Source: a virus | Taxonomy: Duplodnaviria; Caudoviricetes | Virus record (IMG/VR): IMGVR_UViG_3300022752_000083 | Coordinates: 1 to 56,808 of that record | Strand: one strand, 5' to 3' | DNA length: 56,808 nt | In this document: piece by piece, positions 26,750 to 36,107 of the stretch | Layout of the letters: the number at the start of each line of letters is the position of its first letter | Numbering within the stretch: position 1 is the first letter of the stretch | The notes under the pieces: model-generated | Seen by the model: the letters and a program-made list of their open reading frames with translations, nothing else | Database searches by the model: none | What the model was told of the DNA's origin: nothing | Position numbers and translations under genes: made by a program

Positions 26750-28753
26750 ATGAACATTATTACTACAAGGGAACAACTAGAAGAGTTTGTACAGGCGTAC
26801 AGCAAGGTAGAAGCTTTTGCTTATGACTGCGAAACTATTGGGGAAAACCGAGTCAATACCATCATCAATGATGTCTGCTGGTTATCTTTTGCCATTGATG
26901 ACAGAGTTGACGTAATCCCCATGGGTCATCCGAATGGGGAGTTTGAGTTTTGGACCAAACCGCTTCTTATCTCGGGCAAACGTCGAGTCGCAGAAGGTAA
27001 GTCCCTTAGTGATACTCATTTTTCCAAAAACTCTAAACTATGGATTCCCCAGTTTACAGACCCGCCAGAGCAATTGACTCCAGCAGAGGTATTTTCTGCA
27101 ATCAAGCCCATTATGTTTGGACCCGCATTGAAGGTCGGTCACAACTTGAAGTTTGACCTGAAGTCTGTGGCTAAATATTACAAGACCACTATCCCTAGCG
27201 GTCCGTACTTTGACACAATGATGGCTTCGTTTATCATTGATAACCGTAACCGTCATAAGCTGAGCCTACTCTATTGCGTAGAAAGAGAACTGAAGGTCAA
27301 GATTGAGAAAGGTGTTGGAGAAGACATCTCACAGCATTCCTTTGCAGACGTGGCGAAATACGCAGGTATTGACGCGGATGTAACGTGGAAACTTTACAAG
27401 GCTCTTGCACCTAAACTGCAAGACAACTTGAGTAAAGTTTGGAAACTAGAGATGGATTGTCTCCCCGCACTTTGCGACATGGAACTTGCCGGGGCGGTCA
27501 TTGACCTTGACCAACTTAAAGTTCTTGACGAGCAACTTTCGCACGACAAGCTTGAAGCAGAGAAACGTGTGTACAGGTTGGCTGGTGAAACGTTCAGCAT
27601 CAACTCCGTACCCGTAAAGCAAGAGCTATTATTTGCAAAGCGCGAGGGGGCTAAAGCACCCAGAATTCGTCCAAATCCAGCACTAAAAATTGCTCTTACC
27701 CCCAAAGGTCAAGAGGCACGGGCAGCAAACGCCCCAATTCTTCCGCATCACTACTCTGTTAGCGCAGAGGCATTGGAAATGTACCGGGGTCAGGATGAGT
27801 TGGTGGACGCCCTGCTGGATTACCAAGACCTCAACAAGATTATGACCACGTATGTTACCCCCTACGCTGGAGGGGAAGTAAAGCGTGTAAATAAAGGTAA
27901 AGAACGACTTATTGACAAAAAGAGTCTACTTATTAAAGGTCGCGTGCACACAGACTTTAAAGCCCACGGTGCCGAGACTGGTCGTTTGTCTTCCGCTAAT
28001 CCTAACTTGCAGAACATCCCGTCATCGGGAGAGTACGGAAAGCTTATTCGCAATCTTTTTGTTGCTCAGCCGGGGTACAAGTTAGTTGTAGCAGACTACT
28101 CTCAGATTGAGCCACGAATTATTGCTTCGTTTTCAAACGACCCCGTTATGACAGAGACCTACCGAACGGGCGGGGACATCTACACGGCTATTGGTGACAC
28201 TATGGGTGTTGACCGTAAAGCAGGTAAGGTTTTAGTTCTCGCCATCTCGTACGGAGTGGGACCGGACAAGATTGCCTCCAGCATTGGGTGCTCAGTAAAA
28301 GAAGCCCGAGAACTTCTTGCCAATTTTGAGGCTGCATTTTCCTCGGTCACTAAGTACAAGGGCGAGGTAGTTCGTCTTGCTCGACAAACAAAACCAGTGC
28401 CGTATGTGGAGACTATCTTTGGACGTCGGAGATACTTACCAGACCTTTTGAGTCAAGAACAAGGTTTCCTTTCCAGAGCAGAGCGTCAAGCATTTAACAC
28501 TGTTATACAAGGTTCTGCTGCGGATGTTATGAAGTTGGCTATAGTTCGCGCCCACTCCTGCTTTATCGATGAACCAGACATTAATGTGGTGCTCACGGTG
28601 CACGACGAACTAGTCACCATGTGCCCTGAAGACCGAGCAGACGAGACCGTAGAAGCAATTCGCGTGTCGATGGAAGGCATCAAACTAAAGCAGATTACAA
28701 TACCTCTTGTGGCTGGAATTACCGTAGTTGATAAATGGGGCGAAGCAAAATGA
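26750..28753 (+). CDS. polA: family A DNA polymerase with 3'-5' exonuclease
   Basis: YDCET, HNLKFD, TGRLSS.NPNLQNIP, ADYSQIE.R, R.AFNTVIQGSAAD, VHDE. Confidence 0.95.
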   Translation: MNIITTREQLEEFVQAYSKVEAFAYDCETIGENRVNTIINDVCWLSFAIDDRVDVIPMGHPNGEFEFWTKPLLISGKRRVAEGKSLSDTHFSKNSKLWIPQFTDPPEQLTPAEVFSAIKPIMFGPALKVGHNLKFDLKSVAKYYKTTIPSGPYFDTMMASFIIDNRNRHKLSLLYCVERELKVKIEKGVGEDISQHSFADVAKYAGIDADVTWKLYKALAPKLQDNLSKVWKLEMDCLPALCDMELAGAVIDLDQLKVLDEQLSHDKLEAEKRVYRLAGETFSINSVPVKQELLFAKREGAKAPRIRPNPALKIALTPKGQEARAANAPILPHHYSVSAEALEMYRGQDELVDALLDYQDLNKIMTTYVTPYAGGEVKRVNKGKERLIDKKSLLIKGRVHTDFKAHGAETGRLSSANPNLQNIPSSGEYGKLIRNLFVAQPGYKLVVADYSQIEPRIIASFSNDPVMTETYRTGGDIYTAIGDTMGVDRKAGKVLVLAISYGVGPDKIASSIGCSVKEARELLANFEAAFSSVTKYKGEVVRLARQTKPVPYVETIFGRRRYLPDLLSQEQGFLSRAERQAFNTVIQGSAADVMKLAIVRAHSCFIDEPDINVVLTVHDELVTMCPEDRADETVEAIRVSMEGIKLKQITIPLVAGITVVDKWGEAK

Positions 28754-29187
28754 CGTTTCGTCGTAAACGTTTTCGTCCCGAAGAAATGTCTCTTCCAGAA
28801 TTAACCGCAAGAATTAGAGAGTTTATTTACGATTCTCAACTCCCGGAAGCAAATGAAGTAGTTGCGTATTTAGGTATGCCCGAGATTAGTGAAGAAGTTT
28901 TAGAGAAAGAATACGAAGAAAGCGAAAATCGAGTATCTGAAATATCTCACTTAATTCCCTTGCTGTACGCTTTTGCCCACACTATGGCAGAAGGAATCAC
29001 AGAGTATCAAAAAGCAGATGTAGATGACGAAGATATTCTGCCAGCTTCCGCATGGATAATGACTCGCAAAGTTTTTACGCAAGTTTCCGTCAGCACCTTG
29101 GTTGGTGCATTATCTCAGCTTGTTGACTTAGGAATAATAAAAATTGTAAACAGAAAAGGACATTGGTATGACATCTTCAAACGTTGA
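28750..29187 (+). CDS. hypothetical protein
   Basis: ATGA overlap with polA. Confidence 0.65.
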   Translation: MTFRRKRFRPEEMSLPELTARIREFIYDSQLPEANEVVAYLGMPEISEEVLEKEYEESENRVSEISHLIPLLYAFAHTMAEGITEYQKADVDDEDILPASAWIMTRKVFTQVSVSTLVGALSQLVDLGIIKIVNRKGHWYDIFKR

Positions 29188-29437
29188 ACTTCCTCATGAG
29201 GTTCTCGACAAAGCTCTTGACAAGCTTCGTGAATGGAAAGAGCACCACCCAACTATGGTGATGTACTCTGAGGCAAAAGTTCTCTACCGAACAGTTCCTT
29301 GGCTCATTGATTTGTTGGAACTTGGTAAAAAGTTTCTTGACTCTTCAGCTCTTATGGAAGACGGTTCTCTTGACCCTGACGATGTATACGCTTGCCGAGA
29401 GTTCATTGGCTTGGCAAATGCAATCTTGGAGGACTAA
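29168..29437 (+). CDS. hypothetical protein
   Basis: SD AAAGGA; tight packing. Confidence 0.6.
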   Translation: MTSSNVELPHEVLDKALDKLREWKEHHPTMVMYSEAKVLYRTVPWLIDLLELGKKFLDSSALMEDGSLDPDDVYACREFIGLANAILED

Positions 29438-29658
29438 TGCGTGAGGAACACATCAAAATGCAAGAGTACTCAATTGAGTACGCGCAAGCTCACCCCGCAA
29501 AGTGGTGGAGAGCACGTACTTATGTCATTATTGAGGCTCCCTCAGACGATGACGTAATTGCTGCATCAGATACTTTATTTTCTGACTGGAGTGTCGTTTC
29601 TATTACGACTACCGGAGACAATAACATGAAGAGAGTAGTTTGGAGCATTTATGAATAA
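29437..29658 (+). CDS. hypothetical protein
   Basis: SD GGAGG, TAATG coupling. Confidence 0.6.
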   Translation: MREEHIKMQEYSIEYAQAHPAKWWRARTYVIIEAPSDDDVIAASDTLFSDWSVVSITTTGDNNMKRVVWSIYE

Positions 29659-30028
29659 CGCTGACTGGTGGGCAAAGAAGCTTGCTCAAAACACGCCACA
29701 GGCTCCCCCACGTTCGGACGGAGTTCTCCCCGCACCACCTAGCCAACAGCCATTGGCTCCCATGCCTAATTTTCAACCTCAAACAACTACGAGAGCGCAA
29801 AGTGTTAATCAAACTGCTTCGTGTCCCGACTGTGGGTCTGGCAACTTTATGTCGGTTTCTAATGCTGCCCCCCGTTGTTTTGATTGTGGATATCCCCTTG
29901 AGCAGTCTGGTTCTCGGTACGGTTCTTTGGCGGGTGCTCACGTAGAGGGTTCAACAAAGATTTCCACCGGCAACGACCCCACAAATAACTGGAACCCCCA
30001 AGGAATAATTGGAAGGATTAGCGACTAA
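29651..30028 (+). CDS. zinc-ribbon protein
   Basis: CPDCGS...CFDCGYP. Confidence 0.7.
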   Translation: MNNADWWAKKLAQNTPQAPPRSDGVLPAPPSQQPLAPMPNFQPQTTTRAQSVNQTASCPDCGSGNFMSVSNAAPRCFDCGYPLEQSGSRYGSLAGAHVEGSTKISTGNDPTNNWNPQGIIGRISD

Positions 30029-30429
30029 TGAGTAAAGCATTTACTAACTTTGACCGCAAGTACAAGCAAGGTGAGATTGCCGAAAAACAACTTGATGCTA
30101 TTTTTCATGGCGAAGTCACTATTGAACTAAAGAGCGACCAAAAGTGGATTAATACAGGCAATCTTTTTGTAGAGGTCTCGTGCTACAAAGCCAGCAAAGG
30201 CGGTTGGGTCCCCTCGGGTATCTACGAGCCAGACATGGAAGTGGACTTGTTCTGGTATGAGTTCTCCGGAATTCACCTCGCAGCACCGCCTGAATGCTGG
30301 CGGTACGCCGTAGAAACCCAAGGAGTTGCCGTACCCGGTGGTGACGAATCCAACCCTTCTAGAGGCGTACTTCTTCACACCATTAACTTGTTTACCGCCT
30401 TTAGAGAATGGGCAAAAGATAACCGATGA
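30028..30429 (+). CDS. PD-(D/E)XK-like nuclease-fold protein
   Basis: GE..E, IELKSD....TGNLFVE, PSGI. Confidence 0.55.
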   Translation: MSKAFTNFDRKYKQGEIAEKQLDAIFHGEVTIELKSDQKWINTGNLFVEVSCYKASKGGWVPSGIYEPDMEVDLFWYEFSGIHLAAPPECWRYAVETQGVAVPGGDESNPSRGVLLHTINLFTAFREWAKDNR

Positions 30430-31484
30430 CAATTAGCCCAGAAGCCAAAAAGATTATTGCTTCTATCAATAAGAAATTTGGTGAGAACGTAGTAGTCATT
30501 GGCGAGGACATTCGCCCCGGATTGGTCTCCAAGATTACGACTGGCTCCACAACGTTTGACTACATTCTTGGTGGTGGGTTCCCAGCTAATCAATGGAACG
30601 AACTTATTGGTGAAGCCAGCCACGGCAAAACTGCCGTTGCCCTCAAGTGCATTGCGGCAAATCAGGCGGTCAATCCAGAGCATGTCACCGTGTGGGTGGC
30701 TGCTGAGCAATGGGTTCCTGAGTACGCAGACATGTGTGGCGTCGATACTAGCCGTGTAATTGTCGTTGAAACCAACGTGATGGAAGAGGCGTACCAAGCC
30801 GTTCTTGACTTTGCTGAATCCAAGTCCATTGACGCTATTGTCATTGACTCACTCCCCGCCCTTGTGCCGTCCCCAGAGATGGACAAGAACATGGATGAAC
30901 TTACCGTGGGTCGTGGTGCCATGATTACCAACAAGTTCTTTCGCAAGGCAGGGGCTGCAATGAAGCGTAGCCTTGTCGAGGACGAGCGACCAATTCTGGG
31001 TCTGGTAATTAATCAGTACCGCATGAAGATTGGCGTGATGCATGGGGACCCTCGCACCACCCCCGGTGGAGAAGGTAAGAACTACGCATTCTTTACCCGT
31101 AGTGAGATTCGTCGTGATGAGTGGATTGAGGCTGGCTCTGGGGTTAACAAGTCCCGAGTTGGTCAACGCATCAAAATTCGTACGATTAAAAACAAAGTTG
31201 CTCCACCACAGCGTGTAGCCTACATCGACTTTTACTTTTCCGACCACGGCATGTACGAAGCTGGTGACTACGATTTTGCTAAGGAAGTCGCAGCAATGGC
31301 AATCGTCAAGGAGATTGTAGACCGTAAGGGTGGCTGGATTTACTACGGAGAACGCAAGTGGCAGGGTCAAGAAGCCCTTATTGCGTCTATCCGAGAAGAA
31401 GTTGACTTCATGGAAGAACTTCGTGAAAAAGTATTGACTACGCCAGATTCAATCATAGGAGCAATCAATGAACAGTCAGAGTAA
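30426..31484 (+). CDS. recA: RecA recombinase
   Basis: ITTGS..FD.ILGGG, GEASHGKT, IVIDSLPALVP, INQYR.KIG, TTPGG, KNKVAPP. Confidence 0.95.
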   Translation: MTISPEAKKIIASINKKFGENVVVIGEDIRPGLVSKITTGSTTFDYILGGGFPANQWNELIGEASHGKTAVALKCIAANQAVNPEHVTVWVAAEQWVPEYADMCGVDTSRVIVVETNVMEEAYQAVLDFAESKSIDAIVIDSLPALVPSPEMDKNMDELTVGRGAMITNKFFRKAGAAMKRSLVEDERPILGLVINQYRMKIGVMHGDPRTTPGGEGKNYAFFTRSEIRRDEWIEAGSGVNKSRVGQRIKIRTIKNKVAPPQRVAYIDFYFSDHGMYEAGDYDFAKEVAAMAIVKEIVDRKGGWIYYGERKWQGQEALIASIREEVDFMEELREKVLTTPDSIIGAINEQSE

Positions 31485-31710
31485 GTTCGTTATTAAAGAC
31501 ACCGCTTGGGCGCACTACATCTCCGCAGAGCTATCAGAATACATGGAGAATTGCGCTGCTTTAATCTTTGATGACCCCGCACCCGACTTCACCACCTTGT
31601 CTGGTGTAGATTACTGTGGCTGTGAAGTATGCGATTCTCGGGAAATACTCCACTTTCTCATTCCTCGAATTCTTGACGCCTATAAAGAAGGCAAGGTGGA
31701 CTTTGCGTAG
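31468..31710 (+). CDS. hypothetical protein (CxCxxC)
   Basis: SD AGGAG; YCGCEVC. Confidence 0.6.
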   Translation: MNSQSKFVIKDTAWAHYISAELSEYMENCAALIFDDPAPDFTTLSGVDYCGCEVCDSREILHFLIPRILDAYKEGKVDFA

Positions 31711-32017
31711 CGAGGGACAAAAGCAGAGTCAGGCGCACGAAAAGCGTATTGCCAAGGCAATTGGGGGCAGCACAACCGCTGCCTCTGGTGCTTTCTGGTC
31801 TCGTAAGGGAGACGTAAGAAACGCTGACTTGCTTATTGAACACAAGTGGACCGGCAAAAAAACCAAGACCATTAGTTCGGCAGAGCTAAAAAAGATTACC
31901 AATGAAGCAATCATGGATGGTCGCCTTCCCGTATTTGGCATCCACCTTGACGGCGAAGACTACGTAATTCTTCTTGAGACCGACTTCCTAGAGATGTGGG
32001 AAAAGAATGCGGGATGA
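31703..32017 (+). CDS. Hjc-like Holliday junction resolvase (PD-(D/E)XK)
   Basis: HEKR.A..IGG...ASGA...KGDV....LIEHK; TTG start. Confidence 0.7.
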   Translation: MRSEGQKQSQAHEKRIAKAIGGSTTAASGAFWSRKGDVRNADLLIEHKWTGKKTKTISSAELKKITNEAIMDGRLPVFGIHLDGEDYVILLETDFLEMWEKNAG

Positions 32018-32321
32018 ATCATGGCGTGAACAAGCTCGGTGTAGAGGGGAAGACACCGAGCTATTCTTCCCACCCCGTGATAAAGACAAATACAAGTCAA
32101 TTGCAGACCAAGCAAAAGTTTACTGTTTTGGGGTAAATGGCAAGACACCGTGCCCAGTCCTAAACGAGTGTCTGTGGTATGCGATAGACTCCGATGAAGT
32201 GCACGGAATCTGGGGAGGAATGAGTCATAGAGAACGAAACGCCTTGGTTAGAAAATGGCGGAGACTTTACAAAAACAAAATGACTCTTGAAGAATACGTG
32301 CTAAATGAAAGGACCGTCTAA
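32007..32321 (+). CDS. whiB: WhiB-family transcription factor
   Basis: W..QA.C....ELFFP, C......CPV..ECL.YA, GIWGG.S..ER. Confidence 0.9.
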   Translation: MRDESWREQARCRGEDTELFFPPRDKDKYKSIADQAKVYCFGVNGKTPCPVLNECLWYAIDSDEVHGIWGGMSHRERNALVRKWRRLYKNKMTLEEYVLNERTV

Positions 32322-33190
32322 TGTCTATTAAAGACCCTGCACTAAAAGCTTATTTAAATGCAAAGAAACCTTCTAGTCGTCTAATTGGAGATGTAGAACG
32401 CTACTTACTTTTGCGTCCACCCGGAGACCGTTCCACTACAGTTCTTCATCCATCAGAGATTATTAAAAAAGATTGGTGTTTGAGGGAATCTTGGTTTTTA
32501 TTAAGTGGGTATGAAAAGTTTGCCGAAACTCCCAGTCTTAAACTTCAGTCTATCTTTGATGAAGGTCATGCCATCCATACTAAGTGGCAACGTTGGTTCC
32601 AAGACATGGGTGTTCTTCACGGTCAGTTCCGGTGTCAAGTCTGTAACGAAACTACGTGGGGTACTTCCCCCGAGGTGTGCAGTAAATGTACATCTTATGG
32701 TCATAACAACCTCCATTACGAAGAGGTTACGTTGCGAGACGACGATTTGCGCATCAAGGGTCACACCGATGGTTGGATTAAAGGTATTGGTAATGATTGT
32801 CTGATTGAAATTAAGTCAATTGGACCCGGAACACTGCGTTTTGAAGCTCCTACTCAAATGTACGAGGCATACGGAGACTTCATGAAAGCGTGGACAAAGG
32901 TTACTCAACCTTTCCAGTCCCATGTTCTACAAGGTCAAATGTATCTTGAGTTAATGAAGCGCATGGGGAATCCAATTGATGAGATTGTTTTTATTTACGA
33001 ACTTAAAGCAGACCAGTCCTACAAAGAGTTTTCGGTCAAGGCTGACTACCGATTTGTTGAAAAGATTTTTGACAATGCACGGACTGTCGTAGACGCTGTT
33101 GAGGCGGGAACTCCCCTAGCTTGTAATGTAAATGAAAGTGGGTCATGCAAAAAGTGTGCCCCCTATAAGGAGAAACAGGATGCAAATTAA
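32321..33190 (+). CDS. Cas4-like/RecB-family exonuclease
   Basis: HPSE...C, G..IH, GHTDG...IEIKS, Q.Q.Y, C-terminal C..C. Confidence 0.75.
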   Translation: MSIKDPALKAYLNAKKPSSRLIGDVERYLLLRPPGDRSTTVLHPSEIIKKDWCLRESWFLLSGYEKFAETPSLKLQSIFDEGHAIHTKWQRWFQDMGVLHGQFRCQVCNETTWGTSPEVCSKCTSYGHNNLHYEEVTLRDDDLRIKGHTDGWIKGIGNDCLIEIKSIGPGTLRFEAPTQMYEAYGDFMKAWTKVTQPFQSHVLQGQMYLELMKRMGNPIDEIVFIYELKADQSYKEFSVKADYRFVEKIFDNARTVVDAVEAGTPLACNVNESGSCKKCAPYKEKQDAN

Positions 33191-33647
33191 TATGGACGCT
33201 ATTCAAAAGTTTAATCAGTTGGGGTTCAAGTTTGAAGAACCCAAACTTGGTCAAGTAACAATGCCCGCCGACATCACTGAGTTAACCAGCGACCAACTAG
33301 CCGCTAAATTTACGGCGCTAACAGCATGGGCAGATTACATTGCCTCCAAACTAACCTTGGCAATTCTGGAGGAACGTCAGGCACAGAAGTTGCTGGATTT
33401 TGAGGAAAGCAAGCTTCTCGTCACTCGCATGGGAGCCTCGGTTCGAGGAGAACGAGTTACCACTGTTAAAGCACAAATCAGCATTGATGAAAATATTCAA
33501 GCTCTTTCTCAGGATTACGAGAATAAGTACGCATACCGCAAGATGTTAGAGATGCTATTCACCAATCATGAGCGTGATATCTCACTTATTTCACGAGAAA
33601 TTACTCGTCGTTCTAATGAAAATAGGTTCACTAGGAAAGAATTCTGA
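33180..33647 (+). CDS. coiled-coil protein, possible UvsY-like recombination mediator
   Basis: helical; ISREITRR end; recombination context. Confidence 0.5.
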   Translation: MQINMDAIQKFNQLGFKFEEPKLGQVTMPADITELTSDQLAAKFTALTAWADYIASKLTLAILEERQAQKLLDFEESKLLVTRMGASVRGERVTTVKAQISIDENIQALSQDYENKYAYRKMLEMLFTNHERDISLISREITRRSNENRFTRKEF

Positions 33648-33856
33648 TGAAAGAATCCGTAAATCCAAAACATTATTTTCACCCCAGTGGTATTGAGGCA
33701 ATTCAAATAACAAAGTTTGAAACGTTTCTTCGTGGAAACATTTTGAAGTACATTCTTCGCGCCCCGTATAAGGGCGAAGAACTTCAGGACCTATTAAAAG
33801 CACAGCAATACTTGGAATGGGAAATAGAGCGCGTTAAAGGAAAAACAAATGAGTAA
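33647..33856 (+). CDS. DUF3310 (T7 gp1.7-like) protein
   Basis: VNPKHY...GIEAI...F.RGN.LKY..RA..KG...QDL.KA..YL. Confidence 0.85.
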   Translation: MKESVNPKHYFHPSGIEAIQITKFETFLRGNILKYILRAPYKGEELQDLLKAQQYLEWEIERVKGKTNE

Positions 33857-34115
33857 AGAATTATCACGTCGCCGTGAAGTGCGTAGTGAACATAATGACG
33901 CTAGATGGTGGTACCACTGCGACGTCCATGATTGGTCGTATGAAGAATCCACCCCAGAGGACGTGTGTCCCGTATGTTTGGGGGAATCAAGTGAGCGCAA
34001 ACGCATCGTTGCTCTACTGGAAACACTTAAGTGTAAGTGCGACGATGACTGTGACATGATAGAAAGTCCTTTTCACATCCTCATCCCATTTCTGAAGGGC
34101 GAAGTTGATGCGTGA
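33849..34115 (+). CDS. small ERxRI-family protein
   Basis: ERKRIVALLE...LKGEVDA. Confidence 0.65.
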   Translation: MSKELSRRREVRSEHNDARWWYHCDVHDWSYEESTPEDVCPVCLGESSERKRIVALLETLKCKCDDDCDMIESPFHILIPFLKGEVDA

Positions 34116-34350
34116 CTCATTTACTCCTGAAGAAGTAGACCGAATTGAAGACAAAGCCTATGAAGTAGGCGTCGGCATTGGGGCAAGCCAAGAGCGTGAG
34201 CGCATCAAAGTAAATATTGAAAAACGTATCGAAGAATTGTCTTCATGCAATAAAGACGACGACTGTGCAAAGATTGCAGACTACATAGAGTCTTATCTAC
34301 CAGAGTGGCTTGAGTCAGTTGTTGCAGATATCAAGGGAGAGAACGAATGA
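34108..34350 (+). CDS. small ERxRI-family protein
   Basis: ERERIKVNIE...IKGENE. Confidence 0.65.
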   Translation: MRDSFTPEEVDRIEDKAYEVGVGIGASQERERIKVNIEKRIEELSSCNKDDDCAKIADYIESYLPEWLESVVADIKGENE

Positions 34351-34910
34351 GCCAAAAATATGATGTGGTTTTATGTGACCCGCCTTGGTCATACTATGGG
34401 CAACAAGACAAGTGGGGTGCTGCCGCAAAGTTTTACCCAACAATGAGCGACGATGATTTGCGCAACTTTCCTATCAAAGACTTTTTGAATGACACAGGCG
34501 TTGTTTTTATGTGGGCAACATCCCCCCGCTTAGACTTTGCTATTGAACTACTAACACATTGGGGGCTACACTACAGGGGGGTTGCTTTTGTATGGGTAAA
34601 AACCAAGCAAACCGGGGAACCCATTGGAGCGCAGGGCGTAAGACCGTCGTTTATCAAGCCAACTACTGAGTATGTTATTATTGGTGCTACTTCCGACAAA
34701 GGTCGCGTATTGAAATTGAACGACGAATCAATCCGGCAAGTAATAATGTCTCCCAAGCAAGAACATTCACGCAAGCCGGATGATGTTCACATTGCTATTT
34801 CAAAGATGTATCCCAACGCATCTAAGATAGAGTTGTTCGCTAGGCGACCTTTCGAGGGGTGGGACGTCTGGGGGAATGAAGTGCCGATTATCAAGGGGGA
34901 GACTGAATGA
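34347..34910 (+). CDS. MT-A70-family N6-adenine methyltransferase
   Basis: DPPW, FMWAT, WVK, EHSRKP, IELFARR..GWDVWGNE. Confidence 0.9.
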   Translation: MSQKYDVVLCDPPWSYYGQQDKWGAAAKFYPTMSDDDLRNFPIKDFLNDTGVVFMWATSPRLDFAIELLTHWGLHYRGVAFVWVKTKQTGEPIGAQGVRPSFIKPTTEYVIIGATSDKGRVLKLNDESIRQVIMSPKQEHSRKPDDVHIAISKMYPNASKIELFARRPFEGWDVWGNEVPIIKGETE

Positions 34911-35119
34911 GTAACCCGTGGGAGGCAACCGAATTATTCGATAAGATGCTTGGTGAATATACTGATAATGGGTATCGAATGGGGACGCTTGATGAGCGTG
35001 AGCGTATTATTGCAATTCTAGAACGTGACGCTGACGAATGGTACAGGCTTGGCAATAGGCACACAGGCAACGCAATCAAGCTCGCTATCTGGCTCATCAA
35101 GGGAGAGGATGAATCATGA
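34907..35119 (+). CDS. small ERxRI-family protein
   Basis: ERERIIAILE...IKGEDES. Confidence 0.65.
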   Translation: MSNPWEATELFDKMLGEYTDNGYRMGTLDERERIIAILERDADEWYRLGNRHTGNAIKLAIWLIKGEDES

Positions 35120-35184
35120 CTGCCGTATTAATAGTGGCAATTATCGTCGCTGTTATCATAATTTCTATGGGACAGAACAAGTGA
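35116..35184 (+). CDS. 22-aa single-TM micropeptide
   Basis: MTAVLIVAIIVAVIIISMGQNK; ATGA/GTGA overlaps on both sides. Confidence 0.5.
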   Translation: MTAVLIVAIIVAVIIISMGQNK

Positions 35185-35360
35185 GTGAAAACGACAACAC
35201 TCGCGCATACCGCCAAGGTACGCAGCATGAGCTTGACCGCATCATAAAGTTGCTCAACCATCTTCGTTGCGAGAAACCTCACGATTGCCGAAAGTGGCAT
35301 GACCACTACGCCTACAGCCCCGACGAATTGATTGAGATTCTAAAAGGTGAAGTGGACTAA
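35181..35360 (+). CDS. small ERxRI-family protein
   Basis: GTG start; ELDRIIKLLN...LKGEVD. Confidence 0.6.
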   Translation: MSENDNTRAYRQGTQHELDRIIKLLNHLRCEKPHDCRKWHDHYAYSPDELIEILKGEVD

Positions 35361-35457
35361 GCCGGACCACGAGTTCGAGGCGTGGGCATGGTGGGCAATT
35401 GTTATCATTACAATCCTAGGCTCACCAGTAGCCGTATTTTTTCTAGTAAGAAATTAG
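35347..35457 (+). CDS. 36-aa membrane micropeptide
   Basis: MKWTKPDHEFEAWAWWAIVIITILGSPVAVFFLVRN fills the gap before RuvC. Confidence 0.45.
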   Translation: MKWTKPDHEFEAWAWWAIVIITILGSPVAVFFLVRN

Positions 35458-35464
35458 GTACACA

Positions 35465-36052
35465 ATGGTAGGGAAAGAGAAACACTTCGGCACTGGTCTC
35501 CAGAAAGCCAAAGATATCGCCATTGGTATCGACCAATCCCTTACCGGGTTTGCATTCTCAGCGGTGTCCGTAAACGACCCCAACCTCCACGAAACGTGGG
35601 TATATAAATCGCCATATAACGGGGTACAGCGTTTGTACGATATTTCCCGATGGATGCGTGGGAAGTTTTTAATGTTGTCAGCTCACCGCATCGTAGACAT
35701 CGCTATGGAAGGCACCGTCAATGCGTCATTTTCCGCCAGTGTTCTTGGCGAACTAGCCGCGACCGTAAAACTGACTTTGTGGGTCATGTTTTCAGAAAAT
35801 GAAAAGCTGTTGGCAACCCCACTTCAGATTCCGCCCATGACTCTCAAGAAGTACGCAACAGGAAAAGGCACATCCAAAAAGCAAGAGATGCTGATGCAGA
35901 TTTACAAGCGTTGGCAAATTGAGTTCAACGACGACAACGCAGCGGATGCGTATGCCCTTGCACGTCTCGCAGGTAAGGTCTCAATCGACGCCACAGAACG
36001 CGCGATTGTTGACCAAATACTAGATTCTAAATATAGAGACGCCATTCAATAA
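35465..36052 (+). CDS. RuvC-like resolvase
   Basis: IGIDQSLTG, AMEG, LGEL, P.TLKKYATGKG..KK..M, DN.ADAY.LA. Confidence 0.85.
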   Translation: MVGKEKHFGTGLQKAKDIAIGIDQSLTGFAFSAVSVNDPNLHETWVYKSPYNGVQRLYDISRWMRGKFLMLSAHRIVDIAMEGTVNASFSASVLGELAATVKLTLWVMFSENEKLLATPLQIPPMTLKKYATGKGTSKKQEMLMQIYKRWQIEFNDDNAADAYALARLAGKVSIDATERAIVDQILDSKYRDAIQ

Positions 36053-36107
36053 CTGCTGTACGCTGTATCACGAGGTGGGCACCCCTCACATTTAAGGACT
36101 ACCACTC

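Noticed and set aside
26750-31484. Inteins or introns in polA and recA
   Set aside because: Lengths are normal, motifs are contiguous, and no intein termini or homing endonuclease motifs are seen.
32321-33190. Cas4-like gene as part of a CRISPR-Cas system
   Set aside because: Solo Cas4-like nucleases are common in phage recombination modules; no array or other cas genes.
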